Shown here piece by piece: positions 59,230 to 64,000 of a stretch of 64,000 nucleotides of DNA. The translations under genes were made by a program, and so were the position numbers. Numbering within the stretch: the first letter of the stretch is position 1; each line of letters opens with the position of its first letter. The notes beneath the pieces were generated by a model. It did no database searches, had not been told where the DNA came from, and was given only the letters and a program-made list of their open reading frames with translations. Source of the stretch: Desulfatiglandales bacterium (GTDB taxonomy: Bacteria; Desulfobacterota; DSM-4660; Desulfatiglandales; Desulfatiglandaceae); the NCBI GenBank assembly GCA_963666345.1, contig OY762721.1, forward strand, positions 192,001-256,000, read 5' to 3'.

Positions 59230-59618
59230 ACAACGCCTCCTCTCTCCTGTCCGGGCAGAAAACTTTTTACCTGTGCGACAAAGCTGTCAGGATCTATGGG
59301 CTTTTCAATGTATCCTTCACAGCCCGCGGCCAAAATAGCTTCCCGGTCCCCAGCCATTGCATAAGAGGTAACCGATACGATTGGAATGGATCTGGTTTCC
59401 ACATCCTGCTTCAGCCGCCCAGCCACTTCATACCCGTTCATCACCGGCAACTGGATATCGAGAAGGATCAAGTCCGGTTTTTGGGATACGGCGAGCTCCA
59501 GTCCCTGCAGCCCGGTCCGGGCCTGGACTACATCGAAACCCTGTTTTTCCAGTAAAAACGTCGTCAGATAAAGGTTCTGCTCATTATCCTCAATGATCAG
59601 GATTTTCTTTTTCGTCAT
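59226..59618 (-). CDS. Single-domain response regulator (DivK-like)
   Basis: IEDN, DIQLP, AMAGDRE, GCEGYIEKP. Confidence 0.92.
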   Translation of the reverse strand: MTKKKILIIEDNEQNLYLTTFLLEKQGFDVVQARTGLQGLELAVSQKPDLILLDIQLPVMNGYEVAGRLKQDVETRSIPIVSVTSYAMAGDREAILAAGCEGYIEKPIDPDSFVAQVKSFLPGQERGGVV

Positions 59619-61734
59619 CTTTTCCCTCCCGGTTCAACGGCAATATGACGGTAAAGGTACTGCCTTTACCAAATTGACTTTTCACTCGAATATGGCCGCC
59701 CATTATTTCAAGGATCCTTTTGCAGATGGATAGCCCAAGGCCTGTTCCTTCATATTTCCGGGAAATCCCGGTATCAAGTTGCTTAAACGGTTTGAAAAGC
59801 CTGTCAATCTCCTCATTTTTGATGCCGATTCCGCTGTCTTCGATCTCAACTTCTATGCTGGAATCGCATCTGCGGCAGCTAATCTTCACCCCTCCTTCTT
59901 CGGTAAACTTGATGGCATTATTGGCCAAGTTGATCAGCACCTGCCGAATGCGGCGTTCATCACCGTAGATAACTTCGACCTCCGGTGCGATCTCCACGGT
60001 CATATTCAGCTCCTTCTTTTCCACGAACGGGATAAGCGATTCAGCAACCTGGTTAACGGCATTTCGCATACTGAATTTCTCAGAGGAAATCTCCAGTTCT
60101 CCCGCCTCAATCTTTGAAATGTCCAGCACGTCATTGATCAGATTCAGCAGGTGCCTGGAACTGCCTCGAACCATCTTCAACTGTTTTTTCTGCTCCAAAT
60201 TTAAAGGTCCTGCAAGCTCACTGATAATGATACCGGTAAAACCGATAATGGAGTTGAGAGGCGTACGCAGTTCATGCGACATACTGGCGAGAAAGGCGCT
60301 TTTTACCCGATTGGCGGATTCGGCCTGATCCTTGGCAATTACCAGCTCTGCGGTGCGCTCCGCAACGCGTTGCTCCAGCACCTCCGCATTCCGACGCAAT
60401 TCATCATTAAGCTTACGAATCTGCTCTTCAGATAGTATGCGATCGGTTATGTCGGAACCGATGCTTAAGATCTCTTTTATTTGGCCCTGCTCATCGAGCA
60501 TCACCTTGTTTGTCCAGTCGATCCAGACCCGTTCTCCATTTCGGCGCACATTCTGATTTATATTACGCTCGTACTTTTGGGGGTTAGCTAAAATCTCTTC
60601 CATTAGCAAATGTAAATCCCTGCCTGTACTCTCTTTATCCGGAACTATGGTCCCAACCACATTTCTGTCAAGAATCTCTTCCTCAGTATAGCCGAAAAAC
60701 TTCTGACCGAATTCATTCAGGAAAATGATTTGCCCGTCGCGCGACCAACGCATGATGATACTGTTGGCCAGCATCACCAGTTCACGGTATTTTTGTTCAC
60801 TTGCATGCAGGAAAAGGTTCGTCTTCTGAAGATCCCGAGTACGCATATTCACCTGCCGCTTCAAAACCATGCTTCCCAACAGGCTCATAAGCAATACGAC
60901 AACAAGGACAAGACCCGTGGCCTTAACCCAATTCGGCAACTTGAATGGGACCTTCTCGGAGATCCATCGTTTCAGGGACTGGTAGTATATCGACTCTGTG
61001 TCTCTTTTCAGCTTTATAAGGTTAATGTCAATAGCGTCTAATAGTTTTTTATTAACACCTTTGGGCGCGGCGAAAAAAAGGTCGGAAGGATGAAAAATCA
61101 CGGCCGTATCTTCAAGGCCGAGTTTTTTCGCGTGCATCGTTCCATAGAAACGATTAGTGATAGCAGCGTCGGCCCCACCCCTGGCAACGATGTCAAAAAT
61201 GGCTTGGTAATCCGGCAGGGGAATGATGGTGGTACTTAATCCAAAGCCGGCAGAGAGTCGGACAAACGCATCGTGCTGAACTGAACGCTCCAGTACGGCA
61301 ATTCGTTTTCCGCCAAGATCCAATATAGATCTGATCCCGCTTCCTTTACGAGCATACACCTGAAACCAGGAGGACAATACCGGCACTTTGTGAAAGTCAA
61401 ATATCTTTTCACGATCCCCTGTATAGGCCACATCGGGCATAAGATCAATTTGCCCTTTTTCCAGCCGGTCCAATCCTTCACCCCAAGTGCCTAAAAGATA
61501 TCGCAGACGCCAACCTTCCTTTTCTGCAATGTATTCGATGATATCAATAAAAATGCCTGCTGGTTTACCGGATTCGGAGATAAAAACCTTTGGTGCATTT
61601 TCATAGACGCCAATTGTCAGAATCAAATCACCGGATCTTGCAGGTAGGGTCCTGGGATATAATAAAGCCAATAAGACAATGAAAAGGCTTAAAAATAAGA
61701 GCTTGTGACAAGCTTTGTCCCTATTAATTGGCAT
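59590..61734 (-). CDS. Sensor histidine kinase with periplasmic substrate-binding (PBP2) and PAS domains
   Basis: Signal/TM, family 3 solute-binding-like domain, TM, PAS, SHELRTPL, NNAIKFT, GTGLGL. Confidence 0.92.
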   Translation of the reverse strand: MPINRDKACHKLLFLSLFIVLLALLYPRTLPARSGDLILTIGVYENAPKVFISESGKPAGIFIDIIEYIAEKEGWRLRYLLGTWGEGLDRLEKGQIDLMPDVAYTGDREKIFDFHKVPVLSSWFQVYARKGSGIRSILDLGGKRIAVLERSVQHDAFVRLSAGFGLSTTIIPLPDYQAIFDIVARGGADAAITNRFYGTMHAKKLGLEDTAVIFHPSDLFFAAPKGVNKKLLDAIDINLIKLKRDTESIYYQSLKRWISEKVPFKLPNWVKATGLVLVVVLLMSLLGSMVLKRQVNMRTRDLQKTNLFLHASEQKYRELVMLANSIIMRWSRDGQIIFLNEFGQKFFGYTEEEILDRNVVGTIVPDKESTGRDLHLLMEEILANPQKYERNINQNVRRNGERVWIDWTNKVMLDEQGQIKEILSIGSDITDRILSEEQIRKLNDELRRNAEVLEQRVAERTAELVIAKDQAESANRVKSAFLASMSHELRTPLNSIIGFTGIIISELAGPLNLEQKKQLKMVRGSSRHLLNLINDVLDISKIEAGELEISSEKFSMRNAVNQVAESLIPFVEKKELNMTVEIAPEVEVIYGDERRIRQVLINLANNAIKFTEEGGVKISCRRCDSSIEVEIEDSGIGIKNEEIDRLFKPFKQLDTGISRKYEGTGLGLSICKRILEIMGGHIRVKSQFGKGSTFTVILPLNREGKDDEKENPDH

Positions 61735-62288
61735 CGTCCCGTTCCTTTTGTATGAAAGCCCTGTAACTTTTCGATTTTAAATAATGTATTAAATTACCTT
61801 TTCGGTCGTAGTGAAGTAGGGACGAGATTCGCTCTCGTCAATCAGCTCCTCTCTAAAAAACCTGTAGTTTCTGACAAAGACGATTATCAATTCCTGGGGT
61901 TAAAATTGCAGCTTTACTTGATGTGTTAATCTTGATTCTTCAAGTCTTTACAATAGAAATGGTATCTGCAGGTAGTAATATATCCAAATGGTTGTTAGAC
62001 CTACACAGGGGCTTGTATATCTGAACCAACAAAGAAAAGTATGATTTTTATTAGCCAGTTTATCAGCTTGATGAAAAAAAACAATATTTTTGAGTGAGTT
62101 GCGCACCTATTCAGGTTGAGGGAGCTTATCGATACACCAATATTTCAACTGAAAAATTTTGTATATCTGACTAGGCGCTGTCTTTTTTATTAGCCAAAAG
62201 GGACATGTTTTGTCTTGGGATGTCAGGTAGCCAGTGGTGTGATATTTGCTATATATGCCAGCATTAGAGAAGGTTATGATTTTATGAT

Positions 62289-62591
62289 CCGTATCAGGAT
62301 CGAAGGAAATTCATGAAGACCCTTTGCAAGGCGGCAAAGGTTCCCTACTTCAGGTTTCATCCCCTGAGACATTCCGGGGCTTCGGTCTTGGACAATAACA
62401 ATATCCCTATTGGATCGATTCAGAAAATCCTTGGTCATGAAAATCGTAAGACAACCGAGATCTATCTTCACACCATCGGAGATTCAGAAAGGAAGGCAAT
62501 GGAGATTTTTGGTCAGGTTTCCAAAAAGTCTCACACAGATTCTCACACAAAAACAAAGAAGGATTTAAACGAATTTGTTATTACCGCTTAA
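62289..62591 (+). pseudogene. Tyrosine integrase C-terminal remnant
   Basis: FRFHPLRH, LGH, TTEIY catalytic motifs; N-terminal and core regions absent; adjacent to a tRNA 3' end. Confidence 0.85.
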
Positions 62592-62597
62592 ATCCTT
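62529..62597. repeat. att-proximal direct repeats and hairpin
   Basis: TCTCACACA twice at a 12-nt period (62529, 62541); inverted repeat AAGGATTTAA/TTAAATCCTT (62559-62597). Confidence 0.55.
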
Positions 62598-62615
62598 GAT
62601 TTACTTTAATTTTAC

Positions 62616-62692
62616 TGGTGCGCCTGGGAGGACTCGGACCCCCGGCCTGCGGATTAGAAGTCCGCTGCTCTATCCAGCTGAGCTACAGGCGC
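62616..62692 (-). tRNA. tRNA-Arg (TCT)
   Basis: GCGCCTG/CAGGCGC acceptor, anticodon arm GCGGA-CT-TCT-AA-TCCGC, encoded CCA; T-loop reads TCCGAGT. Confidence 0.93.
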
Positions 62693-62828
62693 TTTTGAAT
62701 GAATCTATAATATATATTGAATGGAAGTAAACAAAAAATATTTCTTTCAAATCGGGTTGGAGAGGAGGATTCAAAGACCCAAGGGGCCAATGATTCAGGG
62801 GAATGTTTTCTATCGATCTTATCAGTCG

Positions 62829-64000
62829 TTATCCGGAACTTTTGCCGTTGTTTTTCCCGTTTAGTACCTCTCTGAGAACCCTGTTCGTCCTTTTCTCCAT
62901 ATCATCCATGATATCCCTCATGGTCTTGAGCTGCAAGATGCTCTTTTTGGACTTTTCCTTGAAGGGCAGTTTCAAAGAGGGTTCTTCGAGTATCTGAAGG
63001 AGTCTGTTCAGATAATTTGAATCCAGTTGATCCCTGTCGTTGTATATCAGATCCACCCATTCCTGTTTGAGCGAATCGGACATGGCGCCGTAGGCATTGA
63101 GATTATCAGGGTCTTTTCCTTGATAAAGGGACCTCTTAAGCTGTTCGAGGTTGTCTTTTATCTCCTGCCTGACAGAGTCTTCAAGAGCTGCCCTTTCGAG
63201 TAATCTCATCCACCTCTTTTCTATCTTCATCCGGATCCAGTTCTCTCCCCTTTCAGGAGGAAGAGAGAATTCAAGGAATCTTTCCTGAAGCTCGACCAGC
63301 TCCTTTGCCAGTTCACCTGCTTTCCCGTCCACCCTGGACAGGAGGCTGTTCAGATTTTCCACTGCCAGCTGCTTTATCCCCTTTTTACCAATCTCCTTGA
63401 GCAGTTCCTTTTCCCACTGGCGTCTCAGAAAGCCCAGCTCCAGCTTTATGAGAGAAAGGATGAGGCCCGATTTGGTTATGGTGTTTCTGAGCGCGTCCGC
63501 CAGTATGTTACATGAGTTAAGCCTGTCTTCTGCCAGATGCTCCATGGCATCCAACGATTCCTGTCTCAGTTCGTAGGAGAGCAGTTCCGTGCCCAGGGTC
63601 CTTGAAAGGCGTTTTATGACCTTTGTCGCAGGCCCCCCTATCCTGATGCTTTTTTCCTGAAAGTGTATCTTTATGACGGCTGCTACCAGATATTCACTGT
63701 CCTGCCATATCGTGCCGCCCTGGACGACCTGGGGGTACCTGATCTCATTCTTACTGCCCTTATACAGATCCTCTTTTCTTATCAGAACCGGCTCCATGTG
63801 ATGGGTATCATTCTGAATACCTTCTAGCTGGAGTTTCACGCTTCGCTGGTCGTTTTCAGGGTTTTCGGCGGTCCAGCTTCTCTGCTTTTCAACGCACCAT
63901 GCCATGGCCTCGAGTGCCCGGCCTGTTTCATCCCTGTATTGAAGCCATGGCTTGCCGGGCGGATTGTACTCCGAGTCCTCGGGAAGGCCCCAGGAAATAG
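62829..64000 (-). CDS. Hypothetical protein, 5' end beyond window
   Basis: Frame stays open upstream of the track ATG to the window edge (ISWGLPEDSEYNPPGKPW...); helical C-terminal part; family not recognised. Confidence 0.75.
   Translation of the reverse strand, partial: ISWGLPEDSEYNPPGKPWLQYRDETGRALEAMAWCVEKQRSWTAENPENDQRSVKLQLEGIQNDTHHMEPVLIRKEDLYKGSKNEIRYPQVVQGGTIWQDSEYLVAAVIKIHFQEKSIRIGGPATKVIKRLSRTLGTELLSYELRQESLDAMEHLAEDRLNSCNILADALRNTITKSGLILSLIKLELGFLRRQWEKELLKEIGKKGIKQLAVENLNSLLSRVDGKAGELAKELVELQERFLEFSLPPERGENWIRMKIEKRWMRLLERAALEDSVRQEIKDNLEQLKRSLYQGKDPDNLNAYGAMSDSLKQEWVDLIYNDRDQLDSNYLNRLLQILEEPSLKLPFKEKSKKSILQLKTMRDIMDDMEKRTNRVLREVLNGKNNGKSSG

Noticed and set aside
1..64000. CRISPR array or rRNA
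   Set aside because: No regularly spaced 23-47-nt repeats, cas genes or rRNA-like sequence seen

Overview
Bacterial chromosomal window. Gene content (TRAP-TAXI, IorAB, HdrBC-like and FrhB-like Fe-S proteins, tRNA-Sec, long DHH-CBS tRNA nucleotidyltransferase) suggests an anaerobic Desulfobacterota member; this taxonomy is inference. Left to right: a FadR-regulated CoA-ligase/TRAP/Zn-dehydrogenase operon running off the left edge; a housekeeping block (YifB/ComM, rpoZ, dnaJ, dksA, tRNA nucleotidyltransferase, scpAB, rluB, tRNA-Val); DUF47-PiT; a Rab-like small GTPase followed by an HD-GYP protein; sirtuin, asd and tRNA-Sec; an FrhB-like/IorAB operon; fbp, a eukaryote-type PFK-2/FBPase-2, an HdrCB/acyl-CoA synthetase operon, speDE, hrpA and an RND pump; and a decayed island of about 9 kb at tRNA-Arg(TCT) holding a two-component/c-di-GMP cascade, an integrase stub and a broken response regulator, abutting a broken caspase-family gene. 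Most notable: the PFK-2/FBPase-2 near a class 1 FBPase, the GTPase/atypical HD-GYP module, a candidate intergenic sRNA (~34582-34723), a 54-aa ORF missed by the track, and miniature inverted-repeat elements, one inside a gene with a target-site duplication. No CRISPR array or rRNA was seen. All calls come from reading motifs by eye; no searches were run.
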